A DNA stretch of 64,000 bases from an uncultured delta proteobacterium (GTDB lineage Bacteria > Myxococcota_A > Polyangia > Polyangiales > Polyangiaceae), in contig CAWIUL010000011.1 of the NCBI GenBank assembly GCA_963839305.1, positions 2,505,561 through 2,569,560 on the forward strand, read 5' to 3'. Positions 1 to 10,544 of this stretch are shown here, piece by piece. How positions within the stretch are numbered: position 1 is the first letter of the stretch; each line of letters begins with the position of its first letter. Both the position numbers and the translations under genes were made by a program. The notes under the pieces were generated by a model. That model had not been told where the DNA came from. It saw only the letters and a list, made by a program, of their open reading frames with translations, and did no database searches.

Positions 1-3000
1 CACGCGAACCTCCTCGAGTGGACGACGATGGGGCAAGCCGAGCGACTCGGCGGACGCGGCGTCCACCCGCGCCTCATGGGATCGGCCGCGCTCGCGTGCG
101 TGATCCTGGCCGCGGTCGCCGTGGTCGCGCCGCTCTCGTTGCCGCTCGCGGCGCCCGTGCTCGCGCTCTGGATCAGCGCGCCCGCCGTCGCCGCGTACCT
201 ACGCCGGCCAGAGAAGCGCGCGCCCCCCGAGCTCCTTCCAGCGGAGCGCAAGGAGCTGCGCGTCCTCGCGCGGCGCACGTGGCGGTTCTTCGAGACGTTC
301 GTCACCGAGGGCGATCACCACCTCCCGCCCGACAACTTCCAAGAGGATCCGCGTGGCGTCGTCGCCCACCGGACGTCGCCCACGAACATCGGCCTCTACT
401 TGCTCTCGGTCGTGTCGGCGCACGATTTCGGCTTCATCACGGTCGGAGAGCTCGTCGATCGGCTCGACAAGACGCTCGCGACCATCGAGAAGCTCGAGCG
501 ACGCGAGGGGCACATCCTCAACTGGTACGACACGCAGACGCTCGCGCCGCTCGAGCCGCAGTACGTGTCGACGGTCGACAGCGGAAATTTCGCGGCCTAC
601 CTGTGGACGCTGCGCGAGGCGTGCGAGGAGCTCGTGTTCGCGCCCATCGTGAACCGCACGCTCTTCGACGGGGCGGACGACGCGCTCGCCCTCGCGGCGG
701 ACGCGGGCGCGAACGACCTCGTCCGCGCGCTTCGCGCGACGCTCTCGGGGGCACGCAAGCGGATGACGGGAACGCTCGCCGACGTGTCTTGCTTGCGAGA
801 GGCCGAGCAGGCGCTCGCGCGCGGTGCCGCAGATTCGGAGGGCTTGCCCGAGGTCGCGCGCCACTGGCTCGAGCGCGCCGCGACGCTCTTTCGCGCCGCG
901 CTCGCCGAGGTCGAGCGCATCGACGCGAGCCGCGACGGCGTCCCGCGCGCGCGAACCCTCTCGGACGCCGCCGCGGTCGACGACGCTGCAGCCGAGCTCG
1001 TGCGCTCGCTGCGGCATGATCGGCGCGCGCGCCGGCGCCATCGCCGACGGCATGAGCTTTCGTTTCCTCTTCGACGCCGAGCGTGAGCTCTTCGCGATCG
1101 GTTACAACGCGAGCACGGCGCGGCTCGACACGTCGCACTACGATTTGCTCGCCTCCGAAGCGCGCGTCGCGAGCCTGCTCGCGATCGCGAAGGGCGACGC
1201 GCCGCAGGAGCACTGGTTTCGCATGTCGCGCCCGCGCGCGGCCGTCGGGAGCTCGAGCCGCGTTCTCCTCTCGTGGAGCGGCTCGATGTTCGAGTACCTC
1301 ATGCCACTCCTCGTGACCAAGCGCTTCGAGGGCACGCTCCTCGACGAGACGTACGAGTCCGCGGTGCGAAGGCAGAGTCGCTTGGGGAGCCGAGCGCGGC
1401 GTGCCGTGGGGCGTCTCGGAGTCCGCGTTCAACGTGATGGACCTCGCGATGACGTACCAATACCGCGCGTTCGGCGTTCCCGGGCTCGGGCTCAAGGCTG
1501 GGCTCGGTGAGGATCTCGTCATCGCGCCGTACGCGACGGCGCTCGCGGCGCTCGTCGCACCGCGCGAGCGCGGTCGCGAACTTCCGCGCGCTCGAGGCGA
1601 TGGGCGCGCTCGGTCCGTACGGCTTCTACGACGCGATCGACTGCACGACCGGCCACGTTCCGCCGGGGCGCACGAGCGTCGTCGTGAAGACGTACATGGC
1701 GCACCACGAGGGCATGACGCTCGTCGCGCTCGACAATGCGCTCCACGGGATGCCGATGCAGGCGCGCTTTCACCGCGATCTGCGCGTGAAGGCATCGGAG
1801 CTGCTCCTCGAGGAGCGCGTCCCGGTGCGCGCGCCGCTCGTACATCTTCAAGCGTCCGTCCTCCGCACGCCCGTGCTCAGCGAGCCGGAGCTCGACGTCG
1901 TGGAGCACGTGGGCCTCGGCGCGCGGCCGCTCACGCGCATGCACCTCCTCGGTCACGGCGATCTCTCGACGGCCATCACGGTGCTCGGTGAGGGCTTCAC
2001 GACCTGGCGCGACGCGGACGTCATCCGCTTTCGCGAGGACGCGGCGCTCGAGCGCTGGAGGCATCTTCGTCTACCTGCGCGAGCGCTCCGAGAACCGCGT
2101 CTGGTCCGCCGGGTACCAGCCGACGAAGGCCGAGCCGGATTTCTACGACGTCGCGTTCGCGATCGACCACGTCGCAATCTCGCGGCGCGACGGCGACATC
2201 GAGACGTGCATGGAGATCGCCGTCTCGCCAGAGCACCCGGCCGAGGTGCGTCGAGTCACGCTCACGAACCACGGGAGCGAGCCGCGCGAGATCGACGTCA
2301 CGACGTACGCGGAGGCCGTGCTCGCGCCGCGCGCGGCCGACGTCGCGCACCGCGCGTTCGCGAGCATGTTCGTCGAGACCGAGTGGCTGCCCGAGCGCGT
2401 GCACGCTCCTCGCGCGGCGAAGGCCGCGATCGAGCACGGAGCCGCCGCTCTGGGTCGTTCAGGTCCTCTGGGCGGAGCCCGAAGCGTGGTCGTCGCTCGG
2501 CACGCACGAGACCTCGCGCGCGACGTTCATCGGGCGCGGGCGGACGACGCGCGAGCCCGGCTGCGCTCCATCGCCCGCTCGAGCCGTCGAGCGGCGTGGT
2601 CCTCGATCCGGTGCTCGCGATGCGTCGCACGGTGCGCCTCGAGCCGAGCGGCCACGCGCGCTTCGCGCTGACGACGGCGCTCGCGGCGTCGCGCGACGAG
2701 GCGCTCCAGCTCGCTGAGGCGTTCTCGACGCCGCACATCGTCTCGCGCGTGTTCGAGCTCGCCTGGGCCGACGCGCGCGTCGAGCTCAAGCACCTCGGGA
2801 TCAGCGCGGCGCAGTCGCACCGGTTCCAGCGCTTTCTCTCCGCGGTGATCTTTCCGCAGCCCGCGCTCCGCGGCGCGCCCGATCGCACCGCGTTTCACGG
2901 GCGCGGAGTGAGCGGGCTTTGGGCGCACGGGCTCACGAGCGATCTGCCGATGGTCGTGGTGCGCATCGACGATCCCGATTTCGGCGAGCTACTCCGCGAG

Positions 3001-5824
3001 GTGCTCCTCGCGCACGAGTTCTGGCGCCTCAACGGCGTGTCGGTGGACGTCGTCGTGCTCAACGAGGAGCCGCCCGGCTACATGCAGCCGCAGCAGGACG
3101 CGATCCTCGCCGTGGTGCGCTCGACGCCCGCGGCGTCGCATGTCGATCAGCGCGGCGGCGTGCTGCTTCGTCGCGTGCGCGACATGACCCAAGAGGAGCT
3201 CTCGCTCCTGCTCGCGGACGCGCGCGTCGTCTTGAACGCGTCGCGCGGCTCGCTCGCGAGACAGCTCCGGCGCCTGCAAACCGAGTCGCCTGCGCTCCCG
3301 CGCGCGCTCGTGCCCACGCGCAAGCCGCTGAAGAAGCCGATGGGAGCCGCCGCGCCCGAGCTCGTCGTCAGCTGCGACAACGGCTTCGGCGGCTTCGAGA
3401 GCGATGGCCGCACGTACGCCATGACCGTGTCCGCTTCGCGTCTTCCGCCGAAGCCGTGGTCGAACGTGATCGCGAACCCGCACTTCGGAACGCTCGTCAC
3501 CGAGAGCCGGCTCGGGCTTCACCTGGTCCGGCAACAGCCAGCAGCACAGGCTCACGCCGTGGAGCAACGACCCGGTGAGCGATCCCTCCGGCGAGACGTT
3601 CTACGTGCGCGACGACGACGACGGCTCCTCGTGGTCGTTCACGCCGCTTCCGGCCGGCGGCGGCGCGGAGTTCACCGTTCGTCACGGCCAGGGGTGGTCG
3701 TCGTTCGAGCACGAGCGCGGCGACCTCGGCCACGAGATGGTGGTCTTCGTGAATGTGACCGACAGCGTGAAGACCTCGCGTCTTCGCATCACCAACCGCG
3801 GGCGGCGCGCGCGACGGCTCTCGATCTTCGGCGTCGTCGATTGGGTGCTCGGGTCGAGCCGCGAGCAAAGCCGCGTGTCCATCTTCACCGAGTGGGACGC
3901 CGCGGTCCCCGGCCTCCTCGCGCAAAACCCGCTGTCGCTCCACCCCGAGCGCCACGCGTTCTTCGCCGCGAGCAAGCCCGTCGGCAGCTTCAGCGGCGAT
4001 CGCGAGGAGGTCTACGGCGTCGCCGGATCGCGCGAGGAGCCTGCCGCCCTCGGACGCGTGGCGCTCTCGGGTCGCGTCGGCGGCGGCCTCGACCCATGCG
4101 GCGCGCTGCAGGTCCCCGTGACGATCGCGCCCGGCGAGACCGCGGACGTCGCGTTCGTGCTCGGTGAAGGCGACACGCTCGACGCCGCGCGAACGTACGC
4201 GCGCAAGCACCGCGACGCCGCAGTCGTCGAGACGTCGCTCGAGTCCGCGCGGCGCGCTTGGCGGCGCACCCTCGGCGCGCTCGTGGTCCAGACGCCAGAC
4301 CCCACGATCGACGCGCTGGTCAACCACTGGCTCCTCTACCAGGTCACGAGCTGCAGGATCTGGGGGCGCAGCGCGTTCTATCAATCGGGCGGCGCGTACG
4401 GGTTTCGCGATCAAATCCAGGACGTGCTCGCGCTCCTCCACGCGCGGCCGGAGATCGCGCGCGAGCACCTCGTGCGCGCCGCGTCGAGGCAGTTCGTCGA
4501 GGGAGACGTCCAGCACTGGTGGCACCCTGGGACGGGCGAAGGCGTCCGCACGCGCTGCTCCGACGACATGCTCTGGCTCCCCTACGCCGTCGCCGCGTAC
4601 GTGCGCGTGACCGGCGACGCGTCGATCCTCGACGAGCGCATGACGTTCCTCAAGGAGCGCACGCTCACCGCGGACGACGAGGACGTGTTCAGCTCGCCCG
4701 CGATCACGCAGGACAAGGCGACGATGTACGAGCACTGCACGCGCGCGCTCGACGTCCCACGCCTCGGCCATCATGGCCTCCCGAAGATGGGCACCGGCGA
4801 TTGGAACGACGGGATGAACCGCGTCGGTCGCGGCGGCGAGGGCGAGAGCGTTTGGCTCGCGTGGTTCCTCGCGCGCACGGCGCTCGATTTCGCGCCCGTC
4901 GCGGAGGCGCGCGGAGATCGCGAGCGCGTGGCGTGGTGCCGCAAGCTCGCCGACGACCTCGGGCGCGCGGCCGACGCGCACGCCTGGGACGGCGCGTGGT
5001 ACAGGCGAGCGTACTTCGACGACGGCACGCCGCTCGGCTCGAGCGAGAGCTTCGAGTGCACCATCGACGCGATCGCGCAGTCGTGGGCGGTGATCGCGGG
5101 CGTCGGCGATCCCGAGCGCGCGCGGAAGGCGCTCCGCGCGTCCGAGGAGCACCTCGTACGCACCGGCGACGGCCTGATGCGCCTCCTTTGGCCGCCGTTC
5201 GAGTCGTCGTATCCGGAGCCCGGCTACATTCGCGCCTACCCGAAGGGCATTCGCGAGAACGGCGGTCAATACACGCACGGCGTCCTCTGGACCGTCTACG
5301 CGCTCCTGATGCTCGGCGAGGGCGAGCGCGCGTCGCGCCTGTTTTCCCTGCTCAATCCGATCCATCACGGCGCTTCGTCGGATCTCGTCGCGCGGTATCA
5401 GGTCGAGCCATACGTCGTCGCGGCAGACGTCTACGACTCGCCCGGTCACGTCGGCCAGGGCGGATGGACCTGGTACACCGGCGCGGCGGCTTGGATGTAT
5501 CGCACGCTCGTCGAGGGGATGCTCGGCGTGAAGCGCGCGGGCGACTCGCTCACGGTGAGCCCGTGCATCGCCAAGACGTGGAGCGGGTTCGAGGTGACGA
5601 TTCGCGACGGCGACGGCGAGGTGCACGTCGTCGTCGAGAACCCGAACGGCGTCGAGCGCGGCGTCGAGCGAGTCGAGGTCGACGGCCAGCCCGCGCGCGG
5701 CGGCGCGATCACGCTCACCGGCGCGGCGGGGCGTCGCGAGGTCCGCGTCGTCATGGGCGAGCCGCGGGTCGACAAGGGTTCGGCGGTTGGTGAAAGGGAA
5801 GAACACGCGTCACGACGAGCGTGA
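1..5824 (+). pseudogene. Cyclic beta-1,2-glucan synthase (NdvB/ChvB/Cgs-like, GT84 + GH94) C-terminal ~1930 codons. The 5' end lies upstream of the window. Reading frame broken by 7 net +1 frameshifts.
   Basis: Conserved NdvB-type segments (VAHRTSPTNIGLYLLS, VLLSWSGSMFEYLMPLLV, GVPWGVSESAFNVMDLAMTYQYRAFGVPGLG, LLARRRPRSSTEPPLWVVQVLW, ATFIGRGRTTREPG, NPHFGTLVTES / GFTWSGNSQQHRLTPWSNDPVSDPSGETFYVRDDDDG, QSGGAYGFRDQIQDVLAL, MGTGDWNDGMNRVG) occur in successive frames. ORF-track pieces are 28..1086, 824..1510, 1401..1991, 1507..4167, 1988..2671 and 3575..5824. Shifts fall near 1015, 1376, 1560, 2060, 2400, 2570 and 3508, each f to f+1. Stop TGA at 5822..5824. Confidence 0.8.
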
Positions 5825-5825
5825 C

Positions 5826-6860
5826 TCACATGTTCGCAGACCGGAGCCACTCCTTGTGGTGCTCGGTCGTGTCGTAGTGATCGCTCGTCTTGAAGCGCTC
5901 GTATTTCCCAGTCATCGCGGCGCTCCGCGTGCGGCCGAGGAGGTCTTGGACCTGCTCCTTCGTGAGCGGCTGGAAGTGCTCCACCGTCGCGATCGCTTGA
6001 TCGAGCACGCCCATCGAGTCGCAGCCGGTCACGAGCACGCTGCTCGGCAAATTGAGTGCATATTGCAAGCACTCGACCGCGCTCACCGCCTTGCTCTCGA
6101 GGATGTCGCCGGAGCCGATGGCCTTCATGCCGATGACGCCCATGCGCTTGTCGAGCGCGACGGGCAAGACGAGCCTCTCGAAGCTCTTGTAGTGGGCGTC
6201 CATCACGTTGAGCGGCATCTGCACCGTGTCGAACTGGAAGCCGTGCTCGTCGGCGGCCTTGAGCATCGCGAGGTGGATCGCGGGGTCTTTGTGGCCCGTG
6301 AAGCCGATGTAACGGAGCTTGCCGGCCTTCTTCGCGTCGAGGAGCGCCTCGACGCATCCGCCTTCTGCGAAGCACGCGGCCGGATCGCTCATGCGGATGA
6401 CCTCGTGGATCTGCACGAGATCGATCGCGTCGGTCTGAAGGCGCGCGAGGGACTGCTCGAGCTGCTTCTGCGCCGATGCCTTCGTGCGCCCGTCGATCTT
6501 CGTCATCAGGAACGCGCGCTGGCGATAGCCGTCGCGGAGCGCCTTGCCCATGCGCTCCTCGCTCTTGCCCATGTTGTAGTCCCAGCTGTTGTCCATGAAC
6601 GTGACGCCACGATCGATCGCGCTGCGCACGATGCGAACTGCCTCGCCCTCGTCGGGACGCCCGAGGTGAGCTCCACCGATGCCGATGCGCGAGACGCGCT
6701 CGCCCGTCTTGCCTAGGATCGACATGGGCATTGCGTCCTTCGACTGCGCGCCCGTGAGCGTCGGCAGGTCGCCTTCTTTCGGCGCGCCCTTCTGCGACGG
6801 AGTCTCGTGGCACGCGGCGATCGCGACCGTTCCCGCGATGAACTCTCGGCGACTGATCAT
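5826..6860 (-). CDS. Aldo/keto reductase family oxidoreductase with twin-arginine (Tat) signal peptide
   Basis: ATG at 6860 (MISRREFIAGTVAIAA, RR Tat motif). AKR motifs IGIGGAHLG, DNSWDYNMGKSE, RYIGFTGH. The long upstream extension in the ORF track (to 7253) is Arg/Ser-rich junk. Confidence 0.8.
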   Translation of the reverse strand: MISRREFIAGTVAIAACHETPSQKGAPKEGDLPTLTGAQSKDAMPMSILGKTGERVSRIGIGGAHLGRPDEGEAVRIVRSAIDRGVTFMDNSWDYNMGKSEERMGKALRDGYRQRAFLMTKIDGRTKASAQKQLEQSLARLQTDAIDLVQIHEVIRMSDPAACFAEGGCVEALLDAKKAGKLRYIGFTGHKDPAIHLAMLKAADEHGFQFDTVQMPLNVMDAHYKSFERLVLPVALDKRMGVIGMKAIGSGDILESKAVSAVECLQYALNLPSSVLVTGCDSMGVLDQAIATVEHFQPLTKEQVQDLLGRTRSAAMTGKYERFKTSDHYDTTEHHKEWLRSANM

Positions 6861-6915
6861 GGGATCGCCGTTGCATTCGACGTTCCGCGCGCGGCTCGTG
6901 TGTTTCCTCAGAGGG

Positions 6916-8682
6916 TCATGACGAAGGCGCGGCGGCCTCGGCGTGCCCGTCGTCGAGCTCTTCCTCGGGCAGTAGGGGTTCTGCGACGCGACGCTGGAGC
7001 GTATTTTGCGGCATGAAGTGCTCGATCCATTTCGCGAGCGCGGGGTCGGCGGCGAGCTCCGCGTGAAGGCGCGACCACTCTTCGTCGTCCGCGCCGCGGC
7101 CCTCGGTGGCCTCGAGGAGATCGACGAGGAACGCGTCGCGTGACGGGAGCGCCAGGGCGTCGCCGCGCGTGCGCGCGATGGCGAGCGCCGAACCGCGATC
7201 GCCCCGAACGAGCGCGAGCGCGAGGCGAACGCGAAAGTGTGCCGTTCCCGCATGAGCGTACGTGCGCGCGTTCGGCATCGAGCCGATCACGATCGTCGCT
7301 TCATCGAGCCTGCCGAGCGCCGCGAGGCAAAACGCGCGCTCGGCCGTGAGCGCCGGGCTGAGAAGATCGTAGGACATGGCGCGCATCGCGAGCGGTGAGA
7401 GCGTGTAGGCGAGTCCCTCCTCGCACCGCGCGAGCGCGCCCGTGAAGTCTCCGGAGCGCTCGGCGATTCGTGCGAGCACGAGGGCCGCCTCCGCCGAGCG
7501 CCCCTTCGCTTGGCTCTCGAGCGCGGCGAGCGCGCTTCGCTCGCCTCGTAGCGCGCCAAGCGTGGCCTCGCGGCGGACCGTGCGCTGACGTGTGGCGCGC
7601 ATCGTGTTCAGCGCGAGCAGGCCCATGAAGACTACGCAGAAGAACGGTCCTAGCACTTGCCCGGAGAACCAAAACGGATCAGCCGCGTCGACCTCGACAC
7701 GCGGCGTCGCTGCGCTTGGTGGAACAGAAGGGTTCAATACCTGCCAAATCGCGAGGAACATGAGGACGAGCGCGGCCCACAAGACTGCATACTTCCATCG
7801 CGCGCGCGCCGGCTTGATGGCCCTTGGCACCGAAGACAACGGAACTTCCGCGCTCGTGGGCTCGAATGCAGCGACCGACGATTTGTTCGTCGTCGGCGCG
7901 AGCCAGTTCGAGGCATCAGGCTCCGCGGTCTTCGCCGGGTGGCGATAAATCGTTCGCTTTCGCTCCGCCGCGAAGCGAGCGAGGCCCCGCGCGAGCGCGC
8001 GCTCACGGCCGCCGACGTCGTCCATCACCGGCGCGCAACGCTCGAGGATTTCTCGAACCTCGGGTTTGCGATCTTCGTTGGCGGCCACGATGGCGCGCGC
8101 GAGCTCGCCGCAGGCGTACGTCACCGGCGCGGCGTGGCGCACGTCGCAGGCGCGGTCCGCGTCGGCCTTTGCGCCAGCGTCATCGCGCAGGGACGCTCGC
8201 GCGAGCGCGCGGAGCGAAGACAGCCACGTGATCTGCGTGCGTGCGAGATCGCGACCAATCCATCCGAGCGACACGGCCAGTCCGTCCGTCGCGTGCTTCT
8301 CGGCGGCCTTCGCGTCACCAGCGTCCAGCGCGAGCAGCGCGCGGTGGCCTGCGACCGTACGGGCAGCGAGCCGCGAATGCGGTCTCGCGGCTGCGGCGTC
8401 GACGAGCGCCGCGGCGTCCTCGCGCTCGCCGCGGCGGCACGCGTCGAGCGCGTGATTGAGCAGCGACACCTCCAGAACGCTGCGACTCATGATCAGCGAG
8501 CTCCACACGAAGACGCTGGCGACTGCGACCATGGAGATGCCGGCCACCGGCGACAAGAACACCGCCAAAATCGCCGCGAATAAAATCACGCCGGCGGCCC
8601 ATACGATCTGAACGCGTGCGAGCTTGCGCCCCGGATGCGCCTTCGCCGCGTCGAGGACCTCTTGAACCAACCTCGCCTTCAC
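6916..8682 (-). CDS. Hypothetical polytopic membrane protein with TPR-like C-terminal region
   Basis: 588-aa ORF with several hydrophobic segments (VWAAGVILFAAILAVFL, VLWAALVLMFLAIWQVL, FFCVVFMGLLAL) and Ala/Leu-rich helical repeats. The start is uncertain because it lies only 30 nt from the divergent ligD-pol start. Confidence 0.5.
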   Translation of the reverse strand: MKARLVQEVLDAAKAHPGRKLARVQIVWAAGVILFAAILAVFLSPVAGISMVAVASVFVWSSLIMSRSVLEVSLLNHALDACRRGEREDAAALVDAAAARPHSRLAARTVAGHRALLALDAGDAKAAEKHATDGLAVSLGWIGRDLARTQITWLSSLRALARASLRDDAGAKADADRACDVRHAAPVTYACGELARAIVAANEDRKPEVREILERCAPVMDDVGGRERALARGLARFAAERKRTIYRHPAKTAEPDASNWLAPTTNKSSVAAFEPTSAEVPLSSVPRAIKPARARWKYAVLWAALVLMFLAIWQVLNPSVPPSAATPRVEVDAADPFWFSGQVLGPFFCVVFMGLLALNTMRATRQRTVRREATLGALRGERSALAALESQAKGRSAEAALVLARIAERSGDFTGALARCEEGLAYTLSPLAMRAMSYDLLSPALTAERAFCLAALGRLDEATIVIGSMPNARTYAHAGTAHFRVRLALALVRGDRGSALAIARTRGDALALPSRDAFLVDLLEATEGRGADDEEWSRLHAELAADPALAKWIEHFMPQNTLQRRVAEPLLPEEELDDGHAEAAAPSS

Positions 8683-8711
8683 TTGGCCATCATGATGCCA
8701 CGCCGCATAAG

Positions 8712-10016
8712 ATGACGCCCATGGCGGCGACCAAAGCGCCGAAGAAAGAGTCCGAGCGCGAGGTCCTCACGGTCGCGGGGCGCGAGGTCGTCGTCACGAA
8801 CCCGCGGAAGGTCTTCTTCCCCGAGACGAAGCAGACCAAGCTCGACCTCGTGCGCTACTACCTCGCCGTGGCGGACGGCGCGCTGCGCGGCGTCTACGAC
8901 CGGCCGATGGCGCTCAAGCGCTTCGTGAACGGCGCCGCAAGGCCCGCGTTCTTCCAGAAGCGCGCCCCCGAGAAGCACCCGGACTGGATCAAGACCGTGA
9001 CGCTGAGCTTTCCCTCGGGGCGCACGGCGGACGAGATCGTGATCACCGACGCCGCGCAGCTCGCGTGGATCGTGAACCTCGGCTGCATCGATTTGAACCC
9101 GCACCCGACGCGCTCGCGCGATCTCGAGCACCCCGACGAGCTCCGCGTCGATCTCGATCCGCAGCCCGGCATCGAGTGGAAGCCGATCGTGCAGGTCGCG
9201 GGCGTCGTGCGCGAGGTGCTCCACGACCTGAAGTGCGTCGGCTGGCTCAAGACGAGCGGCTCGCGCGGGATCCACGTGTACGTGCGCGTCCAGCCGAAAT
9301 GGAGCTTCAACGACGTGCGGCGCGCGGCGCTCGCGCTCGCGCGCGAGGTCGCGCGGCGCGCGCCGAAGATCGCGACGAGCAAGTGGTGGAAGGAGGAGCG
9401 CCACGGCGTCTTCCTCGACTACAACCAGAACGCGAAGGACCGCACCGTCGCGAGCGCGTACTCGGTGCGGCCGACGAAAGACGCGCGCGTCTCGATGCCG
9501 CTCCGGTGGGAAGAGCTCGCGGACTGCGAGCCCGGCGATTTCACGCTCGCGACGGTGCCCGCGCTCTTCGCGAAGCACGGCGACGCGCACGCCAAGATCG
9601 ACGAATCGCCGTGCTCGCTCGACGCGATCCTCGAGCTCGCCGCGAAGCAAGAGCACGACGAGGGGGACGCGCCTTGGCCGCCGCATTACAAGAAGCAGCC
9701 CGGCGAGAAGTCGCGCGTCCAGCCGTCGAAGTCGAAAACCGCGGCGCGCCGCGCGAAGCACCCGCTCATCGTCATCGCGCAGGCCGCTGAGAAAGACGAC
9801 GCGCTCGCGGGGCTCGAGCGATGGAAGGCGAAGCACCCGAGCGTCGCCGCGAAGCTCGCGGTGGACGACGTCCTCGTCGACGCGATGCGCGGCCGCCACA
9901 AAACGTGGACGCGCATCCGCATCAACTTGCGAAACGTGCCGGAGTCGGAGAGGCCGCCGCAGGAGACGCCGGACCCGGACTACGACGTGCGCGTCGAGTG
10001 GACGGGGCGCTCGTAG
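8712..10016 (+). CDS. Stand-alone LigD polymerase/primase domain (NHEJ primase-polymerase, PolDom) with a ~130-aa Lys-rich C-terminal extension
   Basis: MTPMAATKAPKKE start at 8712 (alternative 8721). LigD-Pol signatures FFQKRAPEKHPDWIKTV, GCIDLNPHP, ELRVDLDP, WLKTSGSRGIHVYVRV, FLDYNQNAKDRTVASAYSVR. Tail KKQPGEKSRVQPSKSKTAARRAKHP follows. Confidence 0.8.
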   Translation: MTPMAATKAPKKESEREVLTVAGREVVVTNPRKVFFPETKQTKLDLVRYYLAVADGALRGVYDRPMALKRFVNGAARPAFFQKRAPEKHPDWIKTVTLSFPSGRTADEIVITDAAQLAWIVNLGCIDLNPHPTRSRDLEHPDELRVDLDPQPGIEWKPIVQVAGVVREVLHDLKCVGWLKTSGSRGIHVYVRVQPKWSFNDVRRAALALAREVARRAPKIATSKWWKEERHGVFLDYNQNAKDRTVASAYSVRPTKDARVSMPLRWEELADCEPGDFTLATVPALFAKHGDAHAKIDESPCSLDAILELAAKQEHDEGDAPWPPHYKKQPGEKSRVQPSKSKTAARRAKHPLIVIAQAAEKDDALAGLERWKAKHPSVAAKLAVDDVLVDAMRGRHKTWTRIRINLRNVPESERPPQETPDPDYDVRVEWTGRS

Positions 10017-10019
10017 CAG

Positions 10020-10424
10020 TCAGCGTGGGCGGAAGAACCAGCGCTGATCGTGGTTGGTCGCTTGCGTGAGCCGCAGCCCGGCGCCGCAGTCCGCGTCCAA
10101 CGAGTCGTACGAAAAATGCTGACCGCGGAGCGTGAACGTCGTCGGCGAGATCCGCGCGGTCTCGAGCATCGCGTGCCCCGACATCGTCCCGCAGTCTGGC
10201 CTCCAGCGTTCGGGATCGCGTTCGCGCTCCAGCGTGAACGTGACGTGCTCCGCGCCGTCGGCGAGCGTGGCGGTCGCGTGACCGAGGTCGACCGTCAGCG
10301 TGATGCCGCTGAGCGTCGTCGGTTCGTTCAAGTCGTCGCTGACGTAATCGCCGTTCTGAAGCGGAACGCGGTGGACGCGCGTGCACGCGCTCGCGAGGAG
10401 GAGCAACGCCAGCGAGGAGCGCAT
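10020..10424 (-). CDS. Small lipoprotein, hypothetical
   Basis: MRSSLALLLLASAC lipobox signal from ATG at 10424. The stop abuts the ligD-pol stop, 3 nt apart and convergent. Confidence 0.5.
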   Translation of the reverse strand: MRSSLALLLLASACTRVHRVPLQNGDYVSDDLNEPTTLSGITLTVDLGHATATLADGAEHVTFTLERERDPERWRPDCGTMSGHAMLETARISPTTFTLRGQHFSYDSLDADCGAGLRLTQATNHDQRWFFRPR

Positions 10425-10544
10425 CAGTGACAAACCGTGGTGTCGTGAATCACGCACGTACCTGCCGTGACGAAGCCGGAATCGGCCGTCGACCCCACGT
10501 CGAAGCAGTCGGCAAACGTGTCGGCACGGTCTCGACGAGCCAAT

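Noticed and set aside
3497-5806. 769-aa minus-strand ORF (and 2989..3567, 3682..3975 and similar) antisense to the NdvB-like gene
   Set aside because: Arg/Ala-rich low-complexity translations typical of the open antisense frames in 70% GC DNA. The sense strand carries strongly conserved GH94 sequence.
5446-6876. 476-aa minus ORF and 5787..6716 plus ORF overlapping the aldo/keto reductase
   Set aside because: Out-of-frame or antisense shadow ORFs. Composition is dominated by R, A, G, P with no motifs.
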